This document shows, in pieces, positions 22,118 to 32,975 of a stretch of 64,000 nt of DNA. The stretch spans positions 13,161-77,160 of the forward strand of contig JALWYX010000012.1 of the NCBI GenBank assembly GCA_027078415.1, written 5' to 3'. This DNA is from Thermoanaerobaculia bacterium (GTDB taxonomy: Bacteria; Acidobacteriota; Thermoanaerobaculia; JALWYX01). The notes beneath the pieces are model-generated. The model searched no databases and was not told where the DNA came from. It worked only from the letters and a program-made list of their open reading frames with translations. The position numbers and the translations under genes were made by a program. How positions within the stretch are numbered: the stretch's first letter is position 1; every line of letters begins with the position of its first letter.

Positions 22118-24244
22118 ATGGGAGGTTTTATGAAAAGGGTAATCTCTATGGTGTCTGGAATTTTTATATTTTCTCTGGCTGGCTATGGAGAAAAAATAGA
22201 GTATCCTGAAACAAAAACTGTTAAAGTAGTGGAGGAAAAATTTGGAATCAGACTGGAAGATCCTTATAGATGGATGGAAGATCTTGACTCCCCAGATCTT
22301 AAAAAGTGGATAAAGATTCAGAATAAACTTACTTTTTCATTTCTTGAAAAACTCGATAAGAGAGAAGAGATAAAGAAACGCTTAAAGCAACTTTGGAAGT
22401 TTGAGTATTACGGAGTGCCTAGAAAAAGAGGTAATAGATACTTTTTTTCTTTCAACGATGGTAGTAAAGATCAACCTGTTGTTATTATGAAAGAGAATGA
22501 TGAAGAAAAGGTTGTTATAGATCCTAATAAGTGGTCGAAAGATGGAACCGTTTCTCTCGCGTTCTTTGTGCCTTCTGAAAGTGGTAGATATATAGCTTAC
22601 GGTATTTCAGAGGGAGGATCTGATTGGAGAACTATTAAAGTTTTAGATTTGCAGACAGGTAAGTTATTAGCTGATAAGGTGGAATGGGTAAAGTTTTCCA
22701 CAGTTAGTTGGCTTGGAGATGAAGGGTTCTTTTATAGTAGATATCCTGCTCCTAAAGAAGGGGAGAAATTGGAAGATGTAAACTATTTTCACAAGGTATA
22801 CTTCCATAAGCTTGGAGAAAAACAGAATAGAGACTTGCTAGTTTACGAAAGAAAAGACAAAAAGGAGTGGGGATTCTCAGCAGATGTTACAGATGATAAG
22901 AAGTTTCTTATAATAACTGTCTGGAAGGGCACTGATGAGCGTAATTTGGTATTCTATACTTCTCTTAGCAGTGGGGTTGATAAAAATAAGATTGTAGAGC
23001 TTATTCCTAATTTTGAGAACTCCTATATTTTTATAGGAAACGACGATAAAACATTTTACTTTTTAACGGATAATAAAGCCGAACGTAAAAGAGTTATAGC
23101 TGTAGATATATCGGATCCTGTAAGAGACAATTGGAAGGAAGTTATTCCAGAATCCAACGATACTCTTGTGGATGTGGTATACGTAGGAGGTAAATTTTTT
23201 GCCAATTATTTATCGGACGCTAAATCTAAGCTTGTAGTGTATGGTACTGATGGGTCTTATATAAAGGAAATAGCTCTAGGTAGTATGGGTACTATCTACG
23301 GTTTATCGGGTAGAAGAAACGACGATGAACTTTTCTTCTCCTTTACTAGTTTTGTATCACCTCCTTACGTTTATAGATACATAGTATCTAAGGAAAGTCT
23401 TTCTAAGTTCAAAGAGCCTTCCTTGAATTTTGATCCCTCCGAGTATCAAGTTGTGCAAAGCTTTTACAGAAGTAAGGATGGTACTAGAATTCCTATTTTC
23501 ATAGTGGGCAAAAAGGGTTTTGCTAGAGGCAAAGGTAAATACAAAACGATTCTCTACGGTTATGGAGGATTTAACATTCCTATAACACCACGTTTTAGAG
23601 TTAGTACTATAGTGTGGTTGGAGTTAGGTGGTTTGTATGCTGTTGCCAATTTGCGTGGCGGAGGAGAATACGGCAGAAGTTGGCACGATCAGGGACGGTT
23701 ACATAATAAACAGAACGTTTTTGATGATTTTATATACGCTGCTAAGTACCTTATAAGAGAGGGATATACAGACAGTAAATCGTTAGGTATAACGGGGAGA
23801 AGCAACGGAGGACTTCTTATTGGTGCGGTTATAACGCAAGAGCCATCTCTTTTCGGTGCCGCTGTTCCCGCTGTAGGAGTATTAGATATGTTGCGTTTTC
23901 ACAAGTTTACTATCGGATGGGCCTGGGTCTCAGATTACGGTGATCCAGAAAAAGAAGAAGATTTTAGGGTTCTCTACTCTTATTCTCCTTACCATAAAGC
24001 TCTTAAGGAAAAGAAATGTTATCCCCCTACCCTCATATTAACAGCAGATTACGATGATAGAGTGGTACCTTCCCACAGTTTCAAATTTGCTGCAGCTTTG
24101 CAAAAGTCTCAAATTTGCAACAACCCTATATTGATAAGGGTAGAAAGTAGAGCAGGGCACGGTGCAGGAACTCCAGTTAGTAAAAAGATAGAGGAAGATA
24201 CAGACATACTATCATTTTTTTATAATATGCTAAAACTACATTAG
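22118..24244 (+). CDS. prolyl oligopeptidase (S9A serine peptidase), secreted
   Basis: 708 aa; N-terminal signal-like segment, beta-propeller region, catalytic GRSNGGLL and C-terminal D/H. Confidence 0.85.
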   Translation: MGGFMKRVISMVSGIFIFSLAGYGEKIEYPETKTVKVVEEKFGIRLEDPYRWMEDLDSPDLKKWIKIQNKLTFSFLEKLDKREEIKKRLKQLWKFEYYGVPRKRGNRYFFSFNDGSKDQPVVIMKENDEEKVVIDPNKWSKDGTVSLAFFVPSESGRYIAYGISEGGSDWRTIKVLDLQTGKLLADKVEWVKFSTVSWLGDEGFFYSRYPAPKEGEKLEDVNYFHKVYFHKLGEKQNRDLLVYERKDKKEWGFSADVTDDKKFLIITVWKGTDERNLVFYTSLSSGVDKNKIVELIPNFENSYIFIGNDDKTFYFLTDNKAERKRVIAVDISDPVRDNWKEVIPESNDTLVDVVYVGGKFFANYLSDAKSKLVVYGTDGSYIKEIALGSMGTIYGLSGRRNDDELFFSFTSFVSPPYVYRYIVSKESLSKFKEPSLNFDPSEYQVVQSFYRSKDGTRIPIFIVGKKGFARGKGKYKTILYGYGGFNIPITPRFRVSTIVWLELGGLYAVANLRGGGEYGRSWHDQGRLHNKQNVFDDFIYAAKYLIREGYTDSKSLGITGRSNGGLLIGAVITQEPSLFGAAVPAVGVLDMLRFHKFTIGWAWVSDYGDPEKEEDFRVLYSYSPYHKALKEKKCYPPTLILTADYDDRVVPSHSFKFAAALQKSQICNNPILIRVESRAGHGAGTPVSKKIEEDTDILSFFYNMLKLH

Positions 24245-25473
24245 ATATGTTTTATAACTACTAGAGTTCTATCATCTGGGGGATTAGAAGAGAAATCGTC
24301 GTTTTCTTTAAAGACAGTTTCCACTATTTGGTTGGCGCTTAGATATTTGTTAGATATTACGATTTCTAGTAATCTTTCTAAACTAAACTCCTGATTTTCA
24401 TCGTTGCGAGTTTCTATTATTCCATCTGTAAACATAATTATCATATCCCCGCTTCTTAGTTTGTGAAAATCTCTTTCGTAACTAGCGTGGCTTATAGGAC
24501 CTATAACGGGCCCCCCTACAGATAGATGGTGTATCTCGTTGTCTTTTGTTATTAATACAGGTGGTATATGGCCAGCATTTACATATATAAAATTACCTGA
24601 TAATTCCAGTTCTCCGTAAAAAAGTGCAACAAACCTATTGGTTAATGACGCTTGGTGGACTATATAATTTATTCTTTCTACCGTTCTTACTATTTTGAAA
24701 TCTCTACTCATTCCCATACGTAAACCCATATATATGTCTCTTACTTGAAGTGCTGCCGATAATCCATGTCCTGAAGCATCAGCGATAGCTAATCCTAAAA
24801 TTTTGTCAGTTATGGGGATAAAATCGAAGTAATCACCTCCTATAGTCTCTGCAGGTACAGTTTTACCAGCTATATCAAAATCTCCAAAAAGTGGTTGTTC
24901 ATCGGGAAGTATCGAGTTTTGAATATTCTTTGCTTCTTCTAAAAGGGATTCAAACTTTTTTTTTGTTATTTTTTGGTTTATAAGGTGCCTTATTATGCTT
25001 AGAGAAAATATTATGTTATCAGGATTGAAACCCTTATGGGTGGAAAAGGCAAGTATATACTCTCCATCTCCTACCTCTACACACGCAAAATTTGGAGATC
25101 TGAGAGTTTGTTCAACGTTTCTATCTATTTCAGGATCGTCTTCCCTCGCGTAGAAGATTCCTCTCTTTAGACATTCCTTTACAGGTTTGTAGTTTTTTAT
25201 TATACATAACCCCTGTGTTGTAGGAGTTTCGTCTCCTATCGAGTCTATTAAAATGAATCCTCCTTCATCTTTTTTGTATATGCGTGCAGAATATAGTCCT
25301 AAATCGTTCTTTAAACTCGTTATAATCCCTCTTAAAACGTTTGATAACTCTTCTGTAGTAGAACTACCGCTTTGCTCTTGATCTAAAAGTTTGTTTATCT
25401 TCTTAAATAATTTATAGAACTTAACACTGGAATCTTTATGTGTTTGAGTTTTTACCTTTTTATAAATCGGCAT
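24241..25473 (-). CDS. PP2C-family serine phosphatase (SpoIIE/RsbU-like) with N-terminal GAF domain
   Basis: 410 aa; PP2C motifs GGDYFDF, IADASGHG, FTDGIIE; last gene of minus-strand pyr operon. Confidence 0.75.
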   Translation of the reverse strand: MPIYKKVKTQTHKDSSVKFYKLFKKINKLLDQEQSGSSTTEELSNVLRGIITSLKNDLGLYSARIYKKDEGGFILIDSIGDETPTTQGLCIIKNYKPVKECLKRGIFYAREDDPEIDRNVEQTLRSPNFACVEVGDGEYILAFSTHKGFNPDNIIFSLSIIRHLINQKITKKKFESLLEEAKNIQNSILPDEQPLFGDFDIAGKTVPAETIGGDYFDFIPITDKILGLAIADASGHGLSAALQVRDIYMGLRMGMSRDFKIVRTVERINYIVHQASLTNRFVALFYGELELSGNFIYVNAGHIPPVLITKDNEIHHLSVGGPVIGPISHASYERDFHKLRSGDMIIMFTDGIIETRNDENQEFSLERLLEIVISNKYLSANQIVETVFKENDDFSSNPPDDRTLVVIKHI

Positions 25474-26746
25474 ACACTATCCTTCCTTCTATAATCGTCA
25501 TAACAACTTTACCTTTCACTCTCCATCCTGCAAAAGGAGTGGATCTGCCTTTACTGTAAAATTTTTTCGGGTCTATTGTGTGTTCTCTCTGAGGATCTAT
25601 AACTGTTATATCAGCTACCGAGCCTTCTTTTAATGTTCCTCCTGGTAAAGAGAGAATTTTTGCTGGATTGGTAGACAAAAGCTCAATCAGTCTTTCTAGC
25701 GAGATGATACCTTCTCTAACTAATCTATCCAATAGAACGCTTACCGTTGTCTCTAACCCCACTATTCCAAAGGGTGCGTCTTCGAAAGGAAGTTCTTTTT
25801 CGTCTTTGTGGTGAGGTGCATGATCGCTAGCGATAACGTCTACGGTACCATCTTTAAGACCCTCTATTAGGGCTTTCCTATCCTTTTCCGTACGAAGTGG
25901 AGGTTTCATCTTTACACATGTGCTAAAGTTGTATTCTTCGATAGATCTGTCGGTAAGTAGAAGGTGGTGAGGTGTCACTTCGCAAGTTACTTTTATGTTA
26001 CTTTTTTTTGCTTCTTTTACCAGTTCTAACCCTTTCTTGGTAGAAAGATGCGCGACGTGGTATCTGGAGCCTGCGTAATCAGCTAACATTATGTCTCTCG
26101 CTATTATTACATCTTCGGCAATGTTGGGTATTCCGCGCATTCCTAACCTAGCTGATACCTCTCCTTCATTCATCACTCCACCGTTTGATAAATAATTGTC
26201 TTCAGGATGTTGAATAATCACTGTGTTAAAGTGGTTGGAATATTGAAAAGCACGCAATAAAAGATCGCTATTTTCCACAGAAAAACCGTCGTCTGAAAAA
26301 GCTATTACACCTGCTCTTTTAAGTTGAGCCATAGGAGTTAATATTTTGCCTTCTTGTCTTACTGTTATAGCTCCTATTGGGTATACTTTAGCAAGTTTTA
26401 GTTTGTTTGCCCTGGAAATTATATACTCTGTTATGTAAGGATTATCGTTTACTGGTTTGGTATTAGGCATACAGCAAATAGTCGTAAAGCCACCTGCAAT
26501 TGCTGCTTTTAACCCACTTTCTATGTCTTCTTTATATTCGTACCCTGGCTCTCGTAAATGAACGTGAATATCTATAAAGCCTGGTGCTACTACCAGACCG
26601 TCCAAATCGATCTGTTTTACCCCTCGTTTTGTTATTCTTTCGGCTATTTTGATAACTTTGCCATTCTCTACATAGATGTCCGCTTTATCGTGGATACCTT
26701 CTAAAGGATCTATAACTAGCCCGTTTTTCAATATAAATTTATCCAT
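25460..26746 (-). CDS. pyrC: dihydroorotase
   Basis: 428 aa; metal-binding [10 protein letters not shown], amidohydrolase fold; in pyrR-pyrB-pyrC order. Confidence 0.9.
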   Translation of the reverse strand: MDKFILKNGLVIDPLEGIHDKADIYVENGKVIKIAERITKRGVKQIDLDGLVVAPGFIDIHVHLREPGYEYKEDIESGLKAAIAGGFTTICCMPNTKPVNDNPYITEYIISRANKLKLAKVYPIGAITVRQEGKILTPMAQLKRAGVIAFSDDGFSVENSDLLLRAFQYSNHFNTVIIQHPEDNYLSNGGVMNEGEVSARLGMRGIPNIAEDVIIARDIMLADYAGSRYHVAHLSTKKGLELVKEAKKSNIKVTCEVTPHHLLLTDRSIEEYNFSTCVKMKPPLRTEKDRKALIEGLKDGTVDVIASDHAPHHKDEKELPFEDAPFGIVGLETTVSVLLDRLVREGIISLERLIELLSTNPAKILSLPGGTLKEGSVADITVIDPQREHTIDPKKFYSKGRSTPFAGWRVKGKVVMTIIEGRIVYADL

Positions 26747-27671
26747 CCTGTTTCTCCTTCACATTTGCTAATAGATAAAGGATCGCCATTCTGACAGCTA
26801 CACCTGCACTTACTTGATCCAGTATGACAGATCGTGGTGAATCTGCTATCTCTGAAGATATCTCTACTCCTCTATTTATAGGTCCAGGGTGCATAACTAT
26901 TGCGTCTTCTTTCGCGTACTTTAAAGTTTGTGGAGTTAAAGCGAACATCTCATAATATTCTTCTAAAGAGGGGATAAACACTCTTCCTTGGCGCTCTTTT
27001 TGAATTCGCAGAGCCATAATCACGTCGCAGCCTTCTACTGCAGATTGGATAGATTTGCAAATTTTTACACCTAATTTTTCAAACCCTGGAGGGATAAGGG
27101 TAAGTGGACCAGCTACTCTTACCTTTGCTCCTAATTTTGTAAGTAGGTGAATATTGGATCTAACTACTCTGCTATGTGATATATCCCCTATTATAGCAAC
27201 TGATAAGCCTTCAATTTTACCTTTGTGTTCTAGTATTGTAAAAGCGTCCAACAGAGCTTGAGTAGGATGCTCGTGAGCTCCGTCTCCTGCATTTACTACA
27301 CTGCTCTTTAAAATGCTAGCCAACTTGTGTGGTATACCTACTTTTGAATGTCTTACTATAACTATGTCTGGAGCCATAGCTTCTAATGTCAATGCTGTGT
27401 CTATTATTGTCTCTCCTTTTACAAGAGATGATGATGATGATGAAAAATTTAGGGAGTCTGCTGAGAGTCGTTTTGCCGCGATCTCAAAACTTATTCTGGT
27501 ACGAGTTGAAGGCTCAAAAAATAGATTTATAACTGTTTTACCCCTTAAAGTTGGAACCTTTTTTATCGGTCTCGCTGCTACCTCTTTGAAATTTTTGGCA
27601 ACATCGAGAATAGTTAGAATCTCTTTTTGTGAGAGCTCTTTTATACCTAAAAGGTCTTTTTTGTACCACAT
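26739..27671 (-). CDS. pyrB: aspartate carbamoyltransferase catalytic subunit
   Basis: 310 aa; STRTR carbamoyl-phosphate motif, HPTQ. Confidence 0.92.
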   Translation of the reverse strand: MWYKKDLLGIKELSQKEILTILDVAKNFKEVAARPIKKVPTLRGKTVINLFFEPSTRTRISFEIAAKRLSADSLNFSSSSSSLVKGETIIDTALTLEAMAPDIVIVRHSKVGIPHKLASILKSSVVNAGDGAHEHPTQALLDAFTILEHKGKIEGLSVAIIGDISHSRVVRSNIHLLTKLGAKVRVAGPLTLIPPGFEKLGVKICKSIQSAVEGCDVIMALRIQKERQGRVFIPSLEEYYEMFALTPQTLKYAKEDAIVMHPGPINRGVEISSEIADSPRSVILDQVSAGVAVRMAILYLLANVKEKQDG

Positions 27672-27676
27672 CGTTT

Positions 27677-28195
27677 TTATCTCCGAATATATATGGATGT
27701 TTCGCTACCGTCGGTTTCAGGAAATTTTACATCTATCTTTTCACCTTTTTTTACTTTTATTTTGAATCCTATAAAATCCGCGCATATAGGTAGTTCTCTC
27801 TCTTCCCTATCTACTAGAACAACTAAGTATACCTTTTTGGGCCTTCCAAAATCTATCAGTTCATCCAAAGCTGCTCTAACCGTTCTTCCTGTATAAAGTA
27901 CGTCGTCTATTAAAACCACAACCTTATCATCTATAGGCGGAAGCTTTGTTGCTTTAACAACCGGGTTTGGTGCTATCTTAGATAGGTCATCTCTATAAAA
28001 GGTGATATCTAGTTGCCCTTTCTCGACAGCTATATAAGGTTTTATATATTCTATAATTCGCGAAGCTAAAGGTATTCCTCTCGTGTGGATACCTATAATA
28101 GCTACACTTTTTTCTGATTTTACTTTTTCTAAAAGCTCACTAGCTAAAGACTCTATACGTTCCTCTACCTCTTTTTTTCCTTTTACCAAGATCAT
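27677..28195 (-). CDS. pyrR: bifunctional pyrimidine operon regulator / uracil phosphoribosyltransferase PyrR
   Basis: 172 aa; PRTase motif [13 protein letters not shown]; only ~15 nt separates it from upstream gene. Confidence 0.85.
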   Translation of the reverse strand: MILVKGKKEVEERIESLASELLEKVKSEKSVAIIGIHTRGIPLASRIIEYIKPYIAVEKGQLDITFYRDDLSKIAPNPVVKATKLPPIDDKVVVLIDDVLYTGRTVRAALDELIDFGRPKKVYLVVLVDREERELPICADFIGFKIKVKKGEKIDVKFPETDGSETSIYIRR

Positions 28196-28210
28196 AAATG
28201 ACTCCTTATC

Positions 28211-29224
28211 TCATTCTATAAATCTAGTTAAGTAACTGTAACTGCTGTTTTTGAGAATAGATTTTATAGTGATCATAAGAGGAGTGGCAATAAACATCCC
28301 TCCTACTCCCCATATCCAGCTCCATAACATAAGAGAAATTATTATCACTGCAGGAGAAAGTGCGAATTCTCTCCCTACAAGATGCGGCTCTATTATGTTA
28401 CCTATTATAAAGTTAACTAATATGTATACTACTGTCACCAGAATAGCGGTTTTGAGTCCGTTGTCTAAAAGTGTAAAAGCTATAGCGGGGATCGAGGCTA
28501 TAATGGAACCCACGTTGGGTATATAGTTTAAAATAAACGCTATAGTCCCCCACAAGACAGCGAATTGTACGTCAAAAAGGTAGAGGCTTATGCCGATTAT
28601 AAAGCCGGTAACCAAGCTTATTCCAGTCTTATAAAGTAAAAAAGTTTGTATCTCGCTCGATACGTTTTTAAATATGTTATGGGAGAGATCTCCACCTATT
28701 TTAGTTTTCCATTTGGGAGTTTCAAGTAACATGAAAAAGGTAGTTATAAAAACTAACGTTAGAAAAGTTACTATAGTAGCTGCTCCTTTTATGATTGAAC
28801 CTATAAAAGAAGCAAAAAGATCTGTAGGTAAAAGAGGGATAAGCTCGAGTTCTTCTGTATGGATACCTCTTTTTTCTAACCATACTTTAAGCTTTTCTAC
28901 AGAGTTTTTTATACTTATATTGTACTGTGGCATGTTGTTTCTTATTTCTATTATCGCTTCGTTCATTACGCTTATAAGTATAAAAATTGTTAAAACCATC
29001 AAAATTGTAACTATTCCGGCCGCTACTATTCTTGGAATCTTTATTTTAACCAGTTTTTCGACAGCAGGAGCGCCTATTATTGTAAGGAAGAAAGATATAG
29101 CTATAGGAAGCAGTATGGGAGCCGCAAATTTGAGAAAAACTACAAGCAAGATTAAAAAGGTTCCAATTTGTGTATATACTATTATCTGATTTTTATTAGT
29201 GGGAGTTGAGTTATGAAGTTTCAT
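28211..29224 (-). CDS. AI-2E family transporter (PerM/YhhT-like)
   Basis: 337 aa, ~8 TM helices, AI-2E family pattern. Confidence 0.75.
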   Translation of the reverse strand: MKLHNSTPTNKNQIIVYTQIGTFLILLVVFLKFAAPILLPIAISFFLTIIGAPAVEKLVKIKIPRIVAAGIVTILMVLTIFILISVMNEAIIEIRNNMPQYNISIKNSVEKLKVWLEKRGIHTEELELIPLLPTDLFASFIGSIIKGAATIVTFLTLVFITTFFMLLETPKWKTKIGGDLSHNIFKNVSSEIQTFLLYKTGISLVTGFIIGISLYLFDVQFAVLWGTIAFILNYIPNVGSIIASIPAIAFTLLDNGLKTAILVTVVYILVNFIIGNIIEPHLVGREFALSPAVIIISLMLWSWIWGVGGMFIATPLMITIKSILKNSSYSYLTRFIE

Positions 29225-30304
29225 TTATCGGTAAAATGGTTTATCTCTATTTTATACCCTTTCAGCTTGCATGCAGTAGTGGGTATACCGGATGTGACTC
29301 CTGCTGCTACATTGATAGTTCCTTTTTTTGAAGTAGGAGTGAACTCTGCAGAGAATTCAGAGAATACCCTGTTGGTTGTTACAAATATTTCGCCTACTAC
29401 AGAAATTGTCCATTATCATATTTGGAATGTGGATGGTATTGCTTCCTCTATTTATGGGAACGTTCAACTTCAAGGTGGAAGCAGTTGGAGTGTATCTTTA
29501 CGAGATATTTTTTCATCTACCTCTTCAGATTATTTAGAAGCTATTAGAGAAGGTGATTTTTATAGAGGTTTTATTACTATAGATCTTGTAACAGAAGCAA
29601 CCGATCTAAACCCTATGGCTCCAGCTTTTCCTTTTAAGAACCTTAACGTTTTGGAAGGTTTTGCGTATTATGTACGTCTTCCGGAAGGGTCCTCTAACGG
29701 TATAAATATGATACATCTAGAAGCTGTAGGAGAATCTTTACCCGATAGATTGAAAGGTTTTTACGTAGCAAATTCTGGTAAAGGTGTTAGAGAACGTATA
29801 GACGCTAGAGCACGTCTCTGCTCTAAGAGGTTAACTGTTAACTTAGATGCTAGCGATTGTTTAGGTGATGGAGATAACGATATAGATCCAGATAGGGTAA
29901 TAGATAGACTGCATGCTCGTGTATTTCTAAATGAAGATCTTTATGGAAAGAGTAGAATCGTTGTTTTCTTGTGGAATACGACACGTCCCAATGAGGGAGG
30001 ACCTTCTTGGCAATGCGAGAATCTTGGAGGATTAAATTGTAGTGTGACTTACACTTTGACACGTTATCTAGAAAATGGCGAAGTTGCTGATTCTTATGAG
30101 ATTAGGTTGGATGATGTTGTTAACATAATAGAGATAGAAGATCCTAACCTTGTGGGTGATAAAAGTGGCTTTGTCTCTATTAAAGATATTCCGGATGTAG
30201 ATAGAAGTTTACAAGTTTTTCTTTTCTCTATTAACCAGGCTAATCATCCTACGGATCCGTCCCTTACTTGGGATGCTATCTTTGAGGGTGTGGTTATTCC
30301 TTAA
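29213..30304 (+). CDS. hypothetical secreted Cys-containing protein, no recognisable domain
   Basis: 363 aa; N-terminal signal peptide (ISILYPFSLHAVVG); 5' end overlaps divergent AI-2E start by 12 nt. Confidence 0.45.
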   Translation: MKFHLSVKWFISILYPFSLHAVVGIPDVTPAATLIVPFFEVGVNSAENSENTLLVVTNISPTTEIVHYHIWNVDGIASSIYGNVQLQGGSSWSVSLRDIFSSTSSDYLEAIREGDFYRGFITIDLVTEATDLNPMAPAFPFKNLNVLEGFAYYVRLPEGSSNGINMIHLEAVGESLPDRLKGFYVANSGKGVRERIDARARLCSKRLTVNLDASDCLGDGDNDIDPDRVIDRLHARVFLNEDLYGKSRIVVFLWNTTRPNEGGPSWQCENLGGLNCSVTYTLTRYLENGEVADSYEIRLDDVVNIIEIEDPNLVGDKSGFVSIKDIPDVDRSLQVFLFSINQANHPTDPSLTWDAIFEGVVIP

Positions 30305-30337
30305 ACTTTCTAATAAATAGTCAGAGGTGAAGATAGG

Positions 30338-31417
30338 ATGGAAGAGATAAGGTTTTTCCTACCCGGACCTACTTACGTACTGCAAGAAGTAAGAGAAGAA
30401 CTAATAAAACAACCTATTGGTCATAGAAGTCGAGAATTTAGGCAACTTTACGAAAGGATATCTAACAAATTGCCCAAGGTGTTTAAAACTAAGAACAGGG
30501 TTTACACAGTGACCGGCAGCGCTAGTTTGCTTATGGAACTTGCTATACGATCTTTTGTAAACAATAGAGTTCTTTCTCTTATTTCTGGTGCTTTTGGTGC
30601 GCGTTGGCACGATATAGCAGTAAGCTGTGATAAGGAGGCTGATACTCTCGAAGTTCCGTGGGGATCTTTTATCGATCCTGACGATCTACGAAATAAACTG
30701 CGTTCCACTAAATACGATGCAGTAACTGTGGTTCATAGCGAGACCTCCACTGCTACTCTTAATCCTATAAAAGAGATAGCTAAAGTTGTCAGAGAAGAGA
30801 GCGGGGCGTTAATTATAGTGGATGCTGTTTCATCTTTAGGAGGAGTTGAACTGAGGGTTGATGACTGGTTTTTGGATGTAGTTATAACTGGTTCACAAAA
30901 AGCTCTTGCACTTCCCCCAGGACTCTCTTTTATTACCGCATCTCCTCGTGCTCTTAGAAGAGCAGCCTCAATTAGAAATAGAGGGTTTTATACAGATATA
31001 CTGCGTTATGTAAAGAAGGATTCTGAACTGGGTACTCCTACAACTCCCGCTGTTTCTCTGTTTTTTGCTTTGGATAAACAGTTAGATTTGATCCTTAGAG
31101 AAGGATTGGAAAATAGATGGAAAAGACACGTAGATTTGAAAAACAGGATAGAGAAGTGGGTAAAGAAGACAGAGTTCTCTCTCGTTTCAAATTATCCTTC
31201 CCCTACAGTGTCAGCTATATCTACAGAAGATATTGTTTCACCGGGAGAATTGGTATCTAGATTGGCTAATTTAGGTTTTGTAGTTGGTTCTGGCTACGGG
31301 AAGTGGAAAAATTTAACCTTCAGAATAGGACATATGGGAGAGGTAAGGAGCGATGATCTAGAACGTTTACTCTCCACTATAGAGCAGCTAATAGGGGAGG
31401 TTAAGACGCATGGATAA
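30338..31417 (+). CDS. class-V aminotransferase (AGXT-type), probable phosphoserine aminotransferase
   Basis: 359 aa; PLP-fold class V; directly upstream of and overlapping serA. Confidence 0.75.
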   Translation: MEEIRFFLPGPTYVLQEVREELIKQPIGHRSREFRQLYERISNKLPKVFKTKNRVYTVTGSASLLMELAIRSFVNNRVLSLISGAFGARWHDIAVSCDKEADTLEVPWGSFIDPDDLRNKLRSTKYDAVTVVHSETSTATLNPIKEIAKVVREESGALIIVDAVSSLGGVELRVDDWFLDVVITGSQKALALPPGLSFITASPRALRRAASIRNRGFYTDILRYVKKDSELGTPTTPAVSLFFALDKQLDLILREGLENRWKRHVDLKNRIEKWVKKTEFSLVSNYPSPTVSAISTEDIVSPGELVSRLANLGFVVGSGYGKWKNLTFRIGHMGEVRSDDLERLLSTIEQLIGEVKTHG

Positions 31418-32975
31418 GATCGTTCTTGCAGATAAAATGCATCGGAAAGCTAAAGAAACTTTTGAAAAGGCCGGTTATATAGTAAAAGAGTGTTTTGGCA
31501 ATAGGAGTAAAATAGAAGAAGAGATAGAAGATGCTGTCGCTCTTGTTGTAAGAAGTAGTACAAGGGTAGATTCGGATCTACTTAGTAAGGCTAATAGATT
31601 AAAAATTATAGGTAGAGCAGGTGTAGGTGTAGATAATATAGATGTTAAAGAAGCCACTAAACGTGGGATTTTAGTAGTTAATTCTCCTACAGCTAATATA
31701 ATAGCTGCAACCGAGCATACTTTTGCTCTTATTCTTTCTCTTTTACGAAAGGTACCATCTGCAGACCGTTCTATGAAAGATAAGGTGTGGGATAGAAATT
31801 TTGTTGGTGTAGAACTTTACGGTAAAACTTTAGGAGTTGTGGGATTTGGAAAGATAGGCCAGAGAGTAGCTGCAAGAGCTGTAGCTTTTGGAATGAAAAT
31901 CTTGGTTTATGATCCTTATCTTAGTACCTCTTTTGTAGAAAACAAAGGAGCTAGATCGGTTGATCTTGAATATTTGTTAGCTAACTCAGATATAGTAACT
32001 CTCCACCTTCCTATGACCCAAGAAACTAAAAACTTACTTAATAGAACGAGACTAAAGATGATAAAAAAAGGTGGATTTCTTATAAATTGTGCCAGAGGAG
32101 GGATCGTAGATGAAAAGGCCGCTATTGAACTTTTAGATGCGGGACATTTTGCAGGTATAGGAGTTGACGTTTTTCACGAAGAGCCTCCCAAAGATTGGTC
32201 TTTACCAACCCATCCTAAAGTTGTTGCAACACCGCATATAGGGGCGCAAACTAGGGAAGCTCAAGAAAAAATAGCGGACCAGATAGCAAAAACTGTTATA
32301 GAGGCGTTGAAAGGATCTCTAAAAGTAAGCGCCATAAATCTTCCTTTTAGATATTCGGGAGGAAGCGATAGTTTTCTAATTTTAGCCAACAGATCCGCTA
32401 AATTTTTAAGTTACTTAACCGACGGTAATTTTGATAAGGTAGATGTTACTGTAAGGGGACTTTCTGAAGATTTGCTTTTGCCGATATCTATATCTGCTAC
32501 ACAAGGAGCGTTGTCTACTTTTTTGGGGGCAGGAGTTAATCTCGTTAATGCTGTACAAGTTGCACATGATCGCGGAATTAAGATTACCAGATCGTTGGAA
32601 AGTGGAGCCGATACTTATAGTAGATTGGTTACCGTTCGCCTAGTAAAAGATACCAAGGAATGGTTTGTATCTGGTACTGTGTTTGGCGATAACGATATAA
32701 GAATTGTCTCATTTCAGGGTTTTAGATTGGAATTTAGACCGTTTGGAACTTTACTAGTTTTAAAAAATTTTGATCTACCGGGTGTTTTAGGCAATGTTTG
32801 CTCTGTTTTAGGAAAGGCTAAAATAAATATAGCTGAGATCCATCTTTCACGTAGAGCAGTAGGAGGAGAAGCTATATCTGTTATAAGACTTGATTCTACT
32901 CCCTCAAAAGAGGTTTTATCTAAACTTGAAGCTATCGAGAACGTTAATTCGGTGAAACTCGTGAGGATCGAGTAA
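31410..32975 (+). CDS. serA: D-3-phosphoglycerate dehydrogenase with C-terminal ACT domain
   Basis: 521 aa; NAD-binding GVVGFGKIGQRVA, catalytic H in TPHIGA, ACT-like C-terminus. Confidence 0.9.
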   Translation: MDKIVLADKMHRKAKETFEKAGYIVKECFGNRSKIEEEIEDAVALVVRSSTRVDSDLLSKANRLKIIGRAGVGVDNIDVKEATKRGILVVNSPTANIIAATEHTFALILSLLRKVPSADRSMKDKVWDRNFVGVELYGKTLGVVGFGKIGQRVAARAVAFGMKILVYDPYLSTSFVENKGARSVDLEYLLANSDIVTLHLPMTQETKNLLNRTRLKMIKKGGFLINCARGGIVDEKAAIELLDAGHFAGIGVDVFHEEPPKDWSLPTHPKVVATPHIGAQTREAQEKIADQIAKTVIEALKGSLKVSAINLPFRYSGGSDSFLILANRSAKFLSYLTDGNFDKVDVTVRGLSEDLLLPISISATQGALSTFLGAGVNLVNAVQVAHDRGIKITRSLESGADTYSRLVTVRLVKDTKEWFVSGTVFGDNDIRIVSFQGFRLEFRPFGTLLVLKNFDLPGVLGNVCSVLGKAKINIAEIHLSRRAVGGEAISVIRLDSTPSKEVLSKLEAIENVNSVKLVRIE

